This document shows positions 1 to 12,210 of a stretch of DNA of 64,000 nucleotides, in pieces. Each line of letters begins with the position of its first letter. Within the stretch, counting starts at the first letter, position 1. The stretch covers positions 3,286,001 to 3,350,000 of the forward strand of contig OZ176051.1 in the NCBI GenBank assembly GCA_964247055.1. Direction: 5' to 3'. Position numbers and translations under genes: made by a program. This DNA is from Paragordius varius. Taxonomy: Eukaryota; Animalia; Nematomorpha. The notes beneath the pieces are model-generated. The model did no database searches. It saw only the letters and a list, made by a program, of their open reading frames with translations, and had not been told where the DNA came from.

Positions 1-224
1 ATCTTTACCACCCCACCCCAACCTTAGCTTTCACCAAAAAATTTATAGAAAAAAATGTGCGCAAATTTTGCAATTGTTTGATACGGAGCACCTACCACAA
101 AAATGTAAATAACTTTTTATACAATTAAGGGCCAAAACCAAAAGCACCATGATAATCCCGAGACATTTTCCAATCAGACTAATATATTTAAGCAGGTTAT
201 TTTTTTGTGGACACCGTGTATAGA
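1..224 (-). mobile_element. Terminal arm of long-TIR foldback/MITE family A (Tc1/mariner-like terminus)
   Basis: Reverse complement of 13996-14200; ends ...TTTTTGTGGACACCGTG-TA, i.e. TA-flanked CACGGTGTCCAC terminus. Confidence 0.75.
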
Positions 225-1638
225 TGAACAGTAAAAGTGGTTCTTTTTCAGTTTTATATTTACCTAAGGCATTGTTGATAAAATCTTTATTCCGGTTTAT
301 CATTAAAATATCAAGTTTTTTTAAAATCTTTTTTATATTTCGGTAATTAATGAGTTTTGGGGAATTTATATACCAAAGGGTCATTTAAAATTATATTTAA
401 ATAAATAATTTTTGCATTGAGCCAAATTTTTAAAATATGCTTTTTTTAGCCTTTTAAATTTAAAATTGTAAAGAAACCTCATATCGCAGCCATTTTTTTA
501 TTTTTTTTATATCGCTAATCAACAGCAAATAAATGTATATGATAGAAAAATACAATTAATTATTGGAAAGCTGTCATATTACAATATACAAACAAATTTT
601 TGATAATTAAATTATTTAATATCACCTGTATGCTCAATCGTATTTTGGAGCCACCATTGGAACTATAGAAGTTAGAAACTGTAATGCTATTTTTAGCTTA
701 TACTTGAGAAGAGAGTTTTACAATTGAATTTTACAAAACAACTTTCAAAACAGTAGTTTGAAACTACCCCAAAATGTCATCGCGTACAAAAAAATAAATG
801 ACATGGGTTATATATAATGCATTGAATGGCCCTTTAGGCGCAAATATTATGACCCCGAATCAATAATTCTAAAAATAAAATAAATCTTAATCAAAATCAA
901 ATAGGTAGGCTAGGATGGAACGGACATAAAATGGATCGCACATTTAGATGATTCTGCATTACGAGGTCGAGACATTGCATAATTGAGGCCTGATAAACTT
1001 GGAGAAGCTGTGTTGCATTGATATTTATGAACCTTTTTGTCAGTAAAATATCTTAGTTGATTTCACCACATTATTATATATTTCCACTATTTGGTCTTTT
1101 CTGTGACCAAAAATATTGAGTTAAAAAAGTTAATAGTTATCCTTTAAATATAACACCTGGATTCGGAAAGGCAAGCGGAGGCAACCTACAGTGGGGTGTC
1201 GTTTGGTGGTGTTAGAACTTCGAGCCAATAAGTTTATCCGAAGCGGTTTCCTCCCTTGTGTTTAGGCTCGTTAGTGCTTGATATGTTTTAAGAGCTTTTG
1301 TACACATAATTTCATACCGTTAAATCCTCAATGTTTCTGTGAATAGCTTAAAAGCATAATATGGCTTTTTATTTTTTTCATTTCATACCTAACTCTTACT
1401 TTGGTTCCGCTTAATTCCAACGTACTGTTAAAAACACTATTTAAACTTATTTATTAACGTTAAATGATATATATTTAATAAAAAGAATAATAATTAGAAT
1501 TGTCCATGAAATGGTTAATTAGAACATTTGTAGTAAATATTAATAATTATCGATATATTTATGAATTCCATTTATTGTGTGTTAAAAGTTCACAATAAGA
1601 TAATTAATATAAAATGGTCATGCATTGTTTGGTAACAA

Positions 1639-1799
1639 CTACCGTCTAAACATTTGTGTTATTGAATATTCAATTTTTTCTGGATATTTTTTCTGCATTC
1701 GAATGCAAGTATTCAAGAGCCGTTGAATAGATTGAGTAACTTCACACTGTTTATCACCCATGTTAATATATGATGAAGCGGTTTGGGATTTTAACCATT
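1639..1799 (-). CDS. Candidate terminal coding exon (EWLKSQT...YSITQMFRR*), possibly the last exon of MED15
   Basis: TACAG acceptor, 53 open codons to TAG, weak resemblance to the MED15 C-terminus; linkage to upstream exons not established. Confidence 0.35.
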
Positions 1800-3410
1800 C
1801 TGTATTTTTTAAAAGCAATAAATACTTATATCATTATTTTCAATTAGACACTCAAACTAGTCATTTATGATAAAATTTCACCTATTTTTTAAAATTGATT
1901 TATATCATTCGGTTGAAAGATGCAGTATAGCAAATACTAAAATAATAAATAATGGTTAAACTAAACATTAATCCAGTTTTTTTTCCTAAAAGCTAAATCA
2001 AAATATTTTTCGCACATATCGAATAAAAATTAATATAGAGTAAAATTTTTTAATTAATTTTCTTTGACACTATGTGTCATATAATTATCTCTACAAAATA
2101 ATGATAGTTTTTATACTTTAGAAATTTTGTAAAATCAACAATATCATTGAAAAATTTCATGGGATTGAACCAAAAAAAATGTTATTATGCGATAAAAGCA
2201 TTTATTATTTTTACTTTTAGCATTAATATCAAAACAGCCACTAACTAGTTAAAATTTAGGAAATGCATAAAACTAACGGCTGTATCCTAAATATTAGGAC
2301 TTATTCAGATGTCAAAAAGTTCATAACCAGCGTAATCAAATTAGCTGTTTATTTAAAAAAAAGCCTATTGTATGGATGTATGATTAGTAATTTATAAAAA
2401 AAGAACAAGAGCCTTTTTGGTCATAAGCATCTTGGTGAAAGCGGTAAATAATTATTCTAAACCATTAACCTAGATATAAATAAAAGCGATTTTTTTCTTA
2501 ATTATGAAATTCGAGTTATATAAAATTAACTACTTCCAAGCCCTGCCTTTATAAAATAAGTTTTTAAAAATAAAAGTTAGTAACGGTGTTTATTTTCAAG
2601 AAACGTGTAGAAACAGGTCCCCAAACGCAAGGGATTAATGAAATTCGGACTAATAAAAAATCATTAAAATATTAATCTTTTTTTTCCTTTTTACCCTAGT
2701 TTATGCAGGAAAACTTTTATCAAATTCATTAATCATAGTTTACCAGAGGTCAGAGCGCCTATGACAGGGCACAGCTCGCATATATCATTAAATATTTTTC
2801 CATTTGATAGAGAAAATTATAGACCTAGTTTTTTCATTAAACCCGAAAACCTGTCCCAGTTTTGGGGCTTTCGATACTCAAAAATTAAACTTATAGTTTT
2901 TTCTCATTGTTGTTTTAAGTAATAAAATATAAAAATTTTGAATTAAAATGCATCTTTGTATAAATGTTATTTTAAAATTGATATACTGAGATATTTTTGT
3001 ATAAATAGTGATGTATGGTAGTTTAAATAAACTTTATAATCTTTTATTACAATTATCGTTCGAGGAGGCTCAAATTAATATACTTGTATTAATATTTTTT
3101 TGTTTAGGATAATTATAAAAAACAAAGGTAGTGATCTCTTTCCCTTAATTTATTTATCGATAACCTAATACCAAAAAATACGATTTCGATATAATGCAGA
3201 AAAATAAATATAGTTTTTTTAATTTTTAAACCGTTTTTACCTTTTCAATTTTCCTTATACTTAGGCTATCAGCCATCAAATAACGTATATTATCTACATA
3301 TTTATCAATTAATTACAATAAATTAATTTTAAAACACTAATGGTCGCTACATATTAATAATAATTAGAAAGTGTAAAATTAACATTTAACAAAATATTTA
3401 AAAAAAACAT

Positions 3411-3548
3411 GCCTTCAGTTTTATCCATATTTGTTAGGGTTATTTCATTTAAAGACGATTCGAGCTTAACTTGCAGCAAATTATTATCTGTTTGTTTACA
3501 AATATAATTTGATTGTCCAATCACTGGTGATTTATATAAGCTTGTCAT
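3411..3548 (-). CDS. Candidate internal exon (MTSLYKSPVIG...NMDKTE)
   Basis: TTTTAG acceptor right before the ORF and a possible GC donor (AAG|GCATGT); no recognisable domain. Confidence 0.25.
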
Positions 3549-3589
3549 CTAAAATATCAAAATAAAAACATTTTATACCATTAACTAAA

Positions 3590-4904
3590 GCGTTGGTTCC
3601 TAACCTTTTTTGTTCACGCCCCAGCAAATTAAAAAAATCGTGCGCCCCCCTCCTACCACAAAGATAAAATGCAAAATTTCTTATAAATATTATACCACTA
3701 GAAATCCAATTTCGACTTTTTAAGTGACATTTTTGTAAATTTAAAATTTATTCAGTAAAGTACACAAATAAAATTTCTCAAAAAAAATTAATCTAACACC
3801 TTAGAATTATTTTTTATTAGGGTTTATCGAAATTTTTTGGCCCCGATTAAACACTAATTTACAAAATTAAAAGTTTTAAATATAGAGCCATGTATTTTAT
3901 ATCATTCGAAGCGAACTGAATCCTTCGAATTGTTAGTCATTTAAATCCATCTGATGTAAATATTTGGGTTCATATGATCAAAATTTTAACCCTTAAATAA
4001 GTCAAAAATTTTCACAAACAAACTAATTTAATAATTATATAAATTATTTTATATCCTTAGGGTTAGTTTAAAATTAAAAAAAATCTATGATAAATCTTTA
4101 AATTTGCGTTTTCTAAAAAATTAATATCATAAATATTTTACTTAATTGATAATGTATAAGTTAAATTATTACATAATGTCTATAATAGATCAAGAATACC
4201 TTAAACTATATTTCTAGTCTTTGAAGTTTAGTTATAAGCCTCCTAAACAAAACATATTGATATGAAAGTAAATTTTTTTAAAAAAACAAAAAATTAAAAA
4301 TTGTTTTGAATGGCATAAAAGCAATAAATAAGTGTTTTCATCAAAAAAATTGTTATCTTTTTTAGATATTTAATGTCATTTACACAAAGGTTGAGCTATT
4401 TTCATTCATTAGTTTAAAAAATATTTTATTAAAAAAACGCTCACGCTTTGCGGGTTTGTCGCTTCCTATGTCCAATATTATCGAGGTATGCATGTTAGTA
4501 TGCATATTATAGAGTTCTTATTACTCTTTCGTATATTTTCAAAGAAAAACAATTTCAAATAAAATTTTGGTAAAGAGGGCGCATAATCAAAAATCAAATT
4601 ATCTTAGGTTTAATTTTTCTTGTTCTGTTAAAATGATAGTAAATATAAGAAAATAAAAAAAACTCGAGTGGCAGAAAAATTTATTGAGTAGTCTAGTGTA
4701 ATCAATGAGATCCTTTTATCTGCAATCGTTGAAATATTTTTCCATATCGGGAGCGAATCTTGATAATTTGGACCAAAGATCTTTATTAGCCTTGAATTTG
4801 CTACTAGTATTATTTTTTTAATTGAATTTTCCAAGTTTTTCGCGCCCCCTCTTGATAATTTTAGCTCCCGCTGGGGGGCGTTGCCCCCTTTTTGGGAACC
4901 ACTG
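3590..4904. mobile_element. Degenerate hAT-type MITE with other repeat fragments inside
   Basis: Left TGGTTCCTAACCTTTTT and right TTTTTGGGAACCACTG resemble hAT-Charlie termini (CAGTGGTTCCCAACC); no clean TSD. Confidence 0.45.
4260..4520. repeat. Dispersed repeat with GCG(C/T)GAAGCG-type hairpin; inverted copy at about 38900-39160
   Basis: AAACGCTCACGCTTTGCGGGTTTGTCGC at 4435-4465 is the reverse complement of GCGACAAACGCGCGAAGCGAGAGCATTT near 38953; flanks also align. Confidence 0.6.
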
Positions 4905-4929
4905 AATTAAAACATGCATTTGGATAAAA

Positions 4930-7900
4930 ATTTTACAAAAAATAACTTGGCAATGTAAATCATCAGGTCGTTGTTTCTCCAGCCAGAGCTAGCTTCCATA
5001 TTCTTGAGCGAAATAACTTGCGATCGAGAGAGTCGTCTTTGGTCAGTTGAGTTTAAGTCATGGCTGATTGTTTTTTTTCCAATCATGATATGGTCTGCCT
5101 CGTCTTAAATTGCCGTTCGTATGAAAGGATCTAATTTTGTTAATCCAACCAAGCGTTCAATATGGCCCCAGTACTTGAGACGATTTGCTCTGAGAAAAGG
5201 AGACATAGGTGTGATATGAAACAGACTATGTATGCTTTTATCATTTTTATTCTGGTAATGATTGGTAAGACATGAGTTGAGAATTTTTCTTTCTATTCAC
5301 ATAATTTACTTTCATTAGTTTGATTTAAAGGCCAACATTCGCTTGTGAGGGCAGGGCAAATGGCGTGTAGATTTTGCCCTTGTTTGGGTTGAAATATGAT
5401 TGTGCTTCATTATATACTTGAGTTGATGGAATTTGGCCCAAGCTTGATGTGTTCGTGTTGTGATCGTTTTTAATATTGATATCAGCCACTGTTGTGTTAC
5501 CCAGGTAATTGTACTTGTTTACTATCTAGATGTATATAGATGGGAGGTAGGTACTTTGTGTGGGACTGTTTGGGTTTATATCTATGTTGCACAAGCTTTG
5601 CATACAAAATTTTCAATGCCTAATAAACTTCGTTCAATTTCTGAGCACTTTTTGTGGACCCACGGTTGGCATTTAGGGCATTTGATGGGATTAAGTTTTA
5701 CTTCAGAGTGACAAATGGAGCAAGGGAATTTATTTATAAATACAGGTGGGCCTGTGATTAAAGCCTTTCTTTCACCTGTGTTAATTTTGAGGCCAAATTT
5801 TTCAAACGTAGATTTCCAGAGGTTATATTTATTGATAATGTCTGTTTCGCTGGTGGCTGTTAGTATTATGTCGTCGGCGTACAGCATTTTGAAAGGTAAA
5901 CCTGTTTTTATATTATGAGTTATTACATCCATAATAATGATAAATAGTAATGGACTGAGGATGGAGCCCTGGTGGCCCGACAGTCACTGGAAATTGATTG
6001 GTATCACCCACGGCAGTTCTCACGCAACTAGTGGTATTCTCATATATTAAGTTTATTTATTTAATATCCAATCCGGAATTTCTTTTTTTCGTAACGTAAA
6101 TGTGATCATGGACCGCGGGATGCAGTCGAATGCACGGCTTAAATCAATGAAGATGTGATATAAGGTTTTATTTTTGCATCTGTAGTTCTCTTGTAGCCTT
6201 CTAAGAATAGATATGGCGTCAGATGTGCTTATACCCTGTTGGAAACCGAATTGAGTTTCATCAATCGAGCAATGACGTATTTTTTTGTATTATAATTTCG
6301 AGTAATTTGGTTGTGTGTTCAGGTAATATTAATGGTCTGTAGAAGGCGCAATTAAGCATGTCGCCTTTGTTTTTATATATTGGAATTATGACACTTTGGT
6401 TTAGGTGGTTTGGGATTTTTTCTCCATTATAATGAGATTAAATAGCTTTGTGAAATAGGTAATTGATTTAGGAATATTTTTTCATATTTCAGTTTTGATT
6501 TTCGTGGGACGCTTTATTAATTTTACATTTTTTGCATGGCTAAGCTCACATCTTTTTGTTTTCGCACGTTTTCTTCCGCAAATTTTGGAAACGTTTGAGA
6601 GAAGAGTGTTTTTTATATGCTCCCAGCCGTTATAAACGTTGTTAGGGGAATGTTTTGTTCAGATGTAATTTGGTTAATGTATTGATGCTTTATCATAGGA
6701 TCACTAAGTTTTGCAACGTTAAGTTGAGGCAATTTTTTAGGGCTGGGTCGGTTCTTACTTATTGTTAAAAAAGCATCTACTAGTTTATGTTGTATATCAA
6801 TAAGTTTTAAAGTTAGTTATAAGTTTTTTAAGTTGTTGATTAACACAAAATCTTTTAAGATGTGTGCTTTTCACTTTTATATGTATGAATTTGACTGGGT
6901 TTTTTTGTGAAGTGTGTGTTGCAAATCAGTAAGCCTACATCACTGCAGAATTCTAAAAGGGTTTCGCCCTCTTTGTTGCGAAAACCAATACCCACTCTAC
7001 CGTGTATACCTTCATAACCATCAGCGTGCATTCTAATGTATCCATCAAAATCTCCGCCGATCAAAAGTATGTCATTTGTGGGAACATTTTGTGCAATCTG
7101 ATAAAGCTGGTTCCAGAATCCAGTTTGATAGTTTCATTTTGACCCTGTTGAGGGGTATATATGGATAGCATGTTAAGGGTTGTATTATTGAAAGCTACTC
7201 GCATTTGAATATTTCTCTCGTTGTGAAGTGTTATGTCAATTATATTTTTTTATCTGATCGTTTATGGCTATGGCTACTCCGGATTTCCCTATTTTTCCTT
7301 CATAATAAAGTGTGAAACCTTCGGGTCGAAAGTTAGCTCCGTTTTTAAAACGTATTTCCAAACAACATATATCAAGTTTTTGTTCTTTAATCGCATTTAT
7401 TATCATCCAAGCTTTTCCAACAAGGGTTTCGACATTCCATGTACCAAATTTTAGGTTATTATTTTTATTAATAAAGGATTTTTCTCCGGTACCAACATTT
7501 CTCTTTTTCGTAAATGTATTATTTATAAATATAATCATTAATATTATGCAGTATAAAAATAAATAAATAAAATGAAGTTTCAAAGGACGCTTTTTAAAAA
7601 GTATTTATTCATTATTATTTCGCTGTTGAACATGGTAATAGTAATGAGGCTTGATTTTTATAGACTATATGCCCTTATAGCCAATCTCTTAACTCGGAGG
7701 ACAGAGTACCTTATTCGCTGTACCAGGCTAGAGAGTGTCTGAAAAGACTTCGAATCTCTCAATCCGTTTGTAGATTTAAGTCTACGGTCGATGGAGGTAC
7801 CTTTCCGGAATTTGGAAGCTCCCGCTCCATCTTTCGTTTTAAGAACTTATATTATCGTTTATCATCTGGCTGCTGGTTATAGCGCCCAGATAAATCCGCT

Positions 7901-8060
7901 TTAAAACCATGTGTGTGAATGCAGACATTGTGGTATTTTGTAAGAAAATGAGACGGCCAATCTCAATTCCGCCAAGCCCCACACACTAGTTTTTCTCCTT
8001 ATGGATTAATGTTCATTGACTGTTCTTTACAAACAGTGCCGCTCTCGTTAACGTTGCGAA
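4930..8060 (-). mobile_element. Near full-length decayed RTE/RTEX-clade non-LTR retrotransposon (APE + RT + Cys-finger)
   Basis: APE motifs GTWNVETL, IGGDFDG, NKEGETLLEFC, ICNTHF; RT motif LYADDI (about 5880); CxxC...CxxCxxWVHxxC...CxxC finger; LKYWGHIER in the 3' region; stops and frameshifts; GC-richer 5' region 7600-8060. Confidence 0.9.
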
Positions 8061-8768
8061 TGCCCCACCTTGGCAAAGTAAAATGAAATTCAAAAGTTTA
8101 CAGGGGTCAACAAAAATAGTATCAAGATCCGTATTTTTAACTCAAAAGCCCAGCGGACTCCATTTTTGAAATAAATGGGCATTAATAAATATCTTGTTAG
8201 ATTTTAAAGGCTGTAAAAAATGCAAAAACCCAATGTAATTATATTATTTGTGTCACCAAATTACTCCAGTTTGTTGCCAATTATATATATTTATATAGGT
8301 AATTTGTTCAATCAATTTGCTTAAGATTATGTTAGCATATTTTTTTCAAGTTATATATTTATTTAGTAAAATCGTAACCGCACATTATGTCTTGGAGGCT
8401 AAAAGCGCGCGTGTCAAATACTCTGATTTAGTATTTAAATTATAAACTGCATGCTATAATTGGCTAAATTTAATCCTGGTACAAGCAAAAAAATACCGAT
8501 AGAGGGTCATTTATAGCTCTAAAAAGAAACATTTGAGTGCTATATTATTTGTGGAAACTAAAAAATTTTGCTCTTTGAATAATCCATATAATTATTTCTC
8601 TTTAAGTTTTCGAACTTAAATTAAATCTGAGTTAATCTTTCCTAATATATATAAGTGATTTATAGGGCTTCAAAACAAAGTAAAAATCTATTTAACCAAA
8701 TATATTTGATAAACAAACGTTCTGTAAATCGAGGCAAAATATAAGTTTTTTTAGAATATAAAATTTAC

Positions 8769-9322
8769 ATTTTGATCCTGATATGCGGGGTTGTCAAATT
8801 GTTTTGCTAGCACCATTTCGCATTTTACTAAGGTATTTAATGGAACTCTGAATTTCATTATATTCATACTTTTTAGTGGTAGAGGAACTTGATAATATTT
8901 CTAACAATGCTTTAAGTTTTACAATTTCTTTTTTTTGATCTAGCATATAATATATTAAAACCATCTTCCTTTTCGATTTTTGTAATTAATTTTCGCAATG
9001 GTTCAACATATCGATTTAATTGTTTCAATTTAACGGCATACTCTAAATCTTCCGTGCATTTCTCCATGGGTGGAGTACTGGAAAAATAAGGGGATGATGA
9101 ATCCATCAAGCATTTGCTTTCATTTGAAGAAACTAATGTAAAAATTAGTCAACCTCGAATCATGGGTGAATTTGGATTCGCTGGCGTCCCTAAAACCATC
9201 ATATTTGGCGATAATCTATGGATAAATAGAAAAAACTACCCAATAGTTGTCATCGGTGATTGCTCGTATGGCCATTTACTAGTTCCAACTTGATTATAAT
9301 TAATTGGACTCTGCTTATAATT
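8769..9322 (-). CDS. MED15: Mediator subunit 15, central conserved region (partial model)
   Basis: Exons 9240-9322, 9154-9215, 8962-9132, 8870-8939, 8769-8847 joined by 24, 21, 22 and 22 nt GT-AG introns give TPANPNSP...EYAVKLKQLNRYVEPLRKLITKIEKEDDQKKEIVKLKALLEILSS...KVPLNTLVKCEMVL, matching MED15 YLDKLKQLSKYIEPLRRMI...CPLKTLQKCEIAL. 5' and 3' ends unresolved. Confidence 0.85.
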
Positions 9323-9394
9323 CTAATATTTTTTATATTTTAACTTGATTCCATATCATAATTTATATCTATTGTTCACAGGAATGAATGCATT

Positions 9395-9477
9395 GGTAGC
9401 GTGGCCGAGTGGTCTAAGGCGCTGGTTTTAGGCACCAGTCTATTTTATAGGCGAGGGTTCGAATCCCTCCGCTGCCA
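9395..9477 (+). tRNA. tRNA-Leu (anticodon TAG)
   Basis: GGTAGCGTGGCCGAGTGGTCTAAGGCG...CTGGT-TTTAGGC-ACCAG, long variable arm CTAT-TTT-ATAG, GGTTCGAATCC, acceptor end GCTGCCA, followed by a T-run terminator. Confidence 0.97.
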
Positions 9478-9552
9478 GTTTTTTATATTATTTTTATTAA
9501 TATGTAGTTTTTATATAAATTATTTTTGTCGTTTAAACAAAACATTCTAGAG

Positions 9553-9750
9553 CAGTGTTACATAACTGCGGTCCACGGACCGCTTACAGTCTTAAAATAC
9601 TTTATTATGGTATTGATTATATAAATTTTTTCTGCACATATTTAGAGTATAAATATTGTGTGTCAAAAAAATTTTTTATCGGTAATATGGCCCATTAGAC
9701 AAAAAAATATTTTTTCGGTTTTAAATTTATTAATGAGTACCACTGTTACA
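9553..9750. mobile_element. hAT-Charlie-like MITE fragment
   Basis: TTCTAGAG|CAGTGTTACATAACTGCGGTCCACGGACCG resembles a MER5-type terminus preceded by an NTCTAGAN target; right end uncertain. Confidence 0.45.
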
Positions 9751-12210
9751 AATTAAGCTTGAAAAATCTATATATACTGATAAAAATGTTTGGCTATGCT
9801 ACTTTTTCCTGAAAACATGTGGGCTCTTTCGAATTCGATCGTGGAAAATTTTGATAAATGCCTCGACGATGGCTAGCCATTTTTTTAAATTAGCTCCCCA
9901 ATTTAGTCCCTCCCCTTGTAAAACGACATTTTTGCGAAAAAGACAAGTCCTCCAAACTTGTCTTTGAGTAGTTTTCCGTAATCGTATAAACTCATTCAAA
10001 ATCAATTTTTATTTTGTTTTACAAGTCGGCCCATTTTCCAATTTAGTACCTGTATACTTAGCAACATATTTTGTAAAACTGAAAATAATATTTTGTTAAT
10101 TAAATTAAATCTCATGTTATAAATTATATCAGATCCATCTGCGATTTCACGTATTTTGACTAAAATAATGAAAGTATTGGTTGAGTGATCTTTTTAACCG
10201 TTGGGTAATATTCCCCTCTTTAAAAGGCCACCATGATAAGGTTTTAGAGTTTTTGTCCAAGACCATAATTTCTTTTGGGTTTTACCTCTTTAAAGCAAAG
10301 ATTTTAGTCAAGTGTTTAATTAGTCGCTGAGGACAAATCTACCTTCTGCAAAATACACCAACATACAGTAATTTAAACAGTTTGCGGACTATGAAAGAAG
10401 ACGATTTATATGTTGTTTGTCTTACCATAAAGATTATAACTCAACGCTTTTTTGATTAGTCTTTGGGTACAGCCCCACCAGAAGTAAAATGTTCTTCCGA
10501 ACCAAAAATCTTAGAAATTTTTGGAAAACATGCCGTTCCATTCAAATTCAATTATAGACTCGCATACAAAAATATATGTTTTATCTATACCAGCGACAGG
10601 TGACAGGGCACACCTAGTAGATAAATAAAAATGTAAAATGATGATTTTGATACTCTTTTTCGGAAAATAGAATCCCATTCCATATAGATTAAATATTTAT
10701 TATCATTTATAATGCCCCAATCATAACTACCCTTTGGTAGCTCCTATGTACACACCTTGAAAAAATAGGGCTATACAAAATGATTCCAAAAAAATATTTT
10801 TTTGAAGCGTTTTGAGTTTAATGGCCTTAGGTGATTCCTAAGGCCAAAGATTGATATTTTAACGTTTTAAAATTAATCTATGGGTACGCTTTATCATGAA
10901 CGCCTCAAAAATAACTCTCAAATGTTTTTCCCGAAAACACTCTTACCGATTTATATCTATTTGGGACCAATTTACATTCTAGATCCCATCATGGTCGTAT
11001 CATTTTTTTAAAATTAGCTTCTGTGTTTGTCCCCATCACCCTTAAAATGGTGGTTCTTTAAAAACACAAGTTTCCAGTGTCTTGGAAACAATAAAAAAAA
11101 GTGTAGACCTATCTAAATTCGATTCAAACCATTTGTCTTCATTCTCCTATAATATAATAAAAAATGTATTTTTAATCTTCCAAGAGCCATAATAAATTAT
11201 AGCTAGGGATTTCAGTATCATCTATGTAATATGATTTTATAAACTTCATAGAATAAAAAAGTTTATCCAATGATTATTTTTATTTCGTTTCTATAATTCA
11301 ACATACACCGTGTGTTTTTTTAATACTTTGTAGGCTAAAACTTTGACTCTATAAAAGCAATTATTATACAAACCATATCGAATTTAAATGACGTACAATC
11401 ATTTAAGGGATATACATTTTGCGCTCTAATGACATTTTATACTTGACCATCTTAATATTTTATATTTTTGAAATTATGGGCTCTCAAGCCTGAACTTCAA
11501 AAAATTTAAATAAAAAAATGCTTAAGATAGGGACCAATTTTTCCATATTTTTTATTTCTGTATTTTAAATTTAGCTAAAAATTTTCAAGAATAGCAGTCA
11601 AATGCTAATATTTGTTCACTAGTTAGCATTTCTTTACTACAAAATTACATCCATAAAATTTGCCATATACAACTTTGAAAGATACAGATATATTTATTAA
11701 TAATTGTTATATGAGAAGTAAAGTTAAAACATCTCTCCACTGTTTGATGCGCTTATCTGCAAACTAATGCTGACCCGGCAGACAAAGAATTTTAAATTGA
11801 ATATAGCGCTTCGAGTTAAATTATATATAATAAACAATAACACACCGGAAAATCTCTTAATTGATAATTTTTACATATTTGAATGAAAGTCTGTAAAAAA
11901 TGCACTAAATATCATTCATTTGTTTTAATTTTTATATTAACATTTTAAATAAACTGATAATCTATTGGATTTGTTTTAAGATTCATATTAATATAAAAAG
12001 CGGAAGTTACTTAAAATGAAGATTAACATTGGTGTTATTGAAAAAATAATTGGATAGGTTTTAGACAAAAAACTATTTTGCTGTATGATTTTGAAAACTA
12101 TCAATGTTATAAATTTAACTTCATATAACATGTAAAATCGAATTGAGTTTATCATTTTTTATAAATTACAAAACGAAAAATACATAAGTGGATTCATACT
12201 TTGCTGTATA

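Noticed and set aside
5460-7566. Plus-strand ORFs 5460, 5715, 7233, 7312
   Set aside because: Antisense to the RTE coding region, with no independent signal.
7640-7760. HDV-like ribozyme in the RTE 5' region (GTCCTCC motif on the minus strand)
   Set aside because: Could not build P1/P3/P1.1 pairings or a J4/2 strand; a covariance-model search would be needed.
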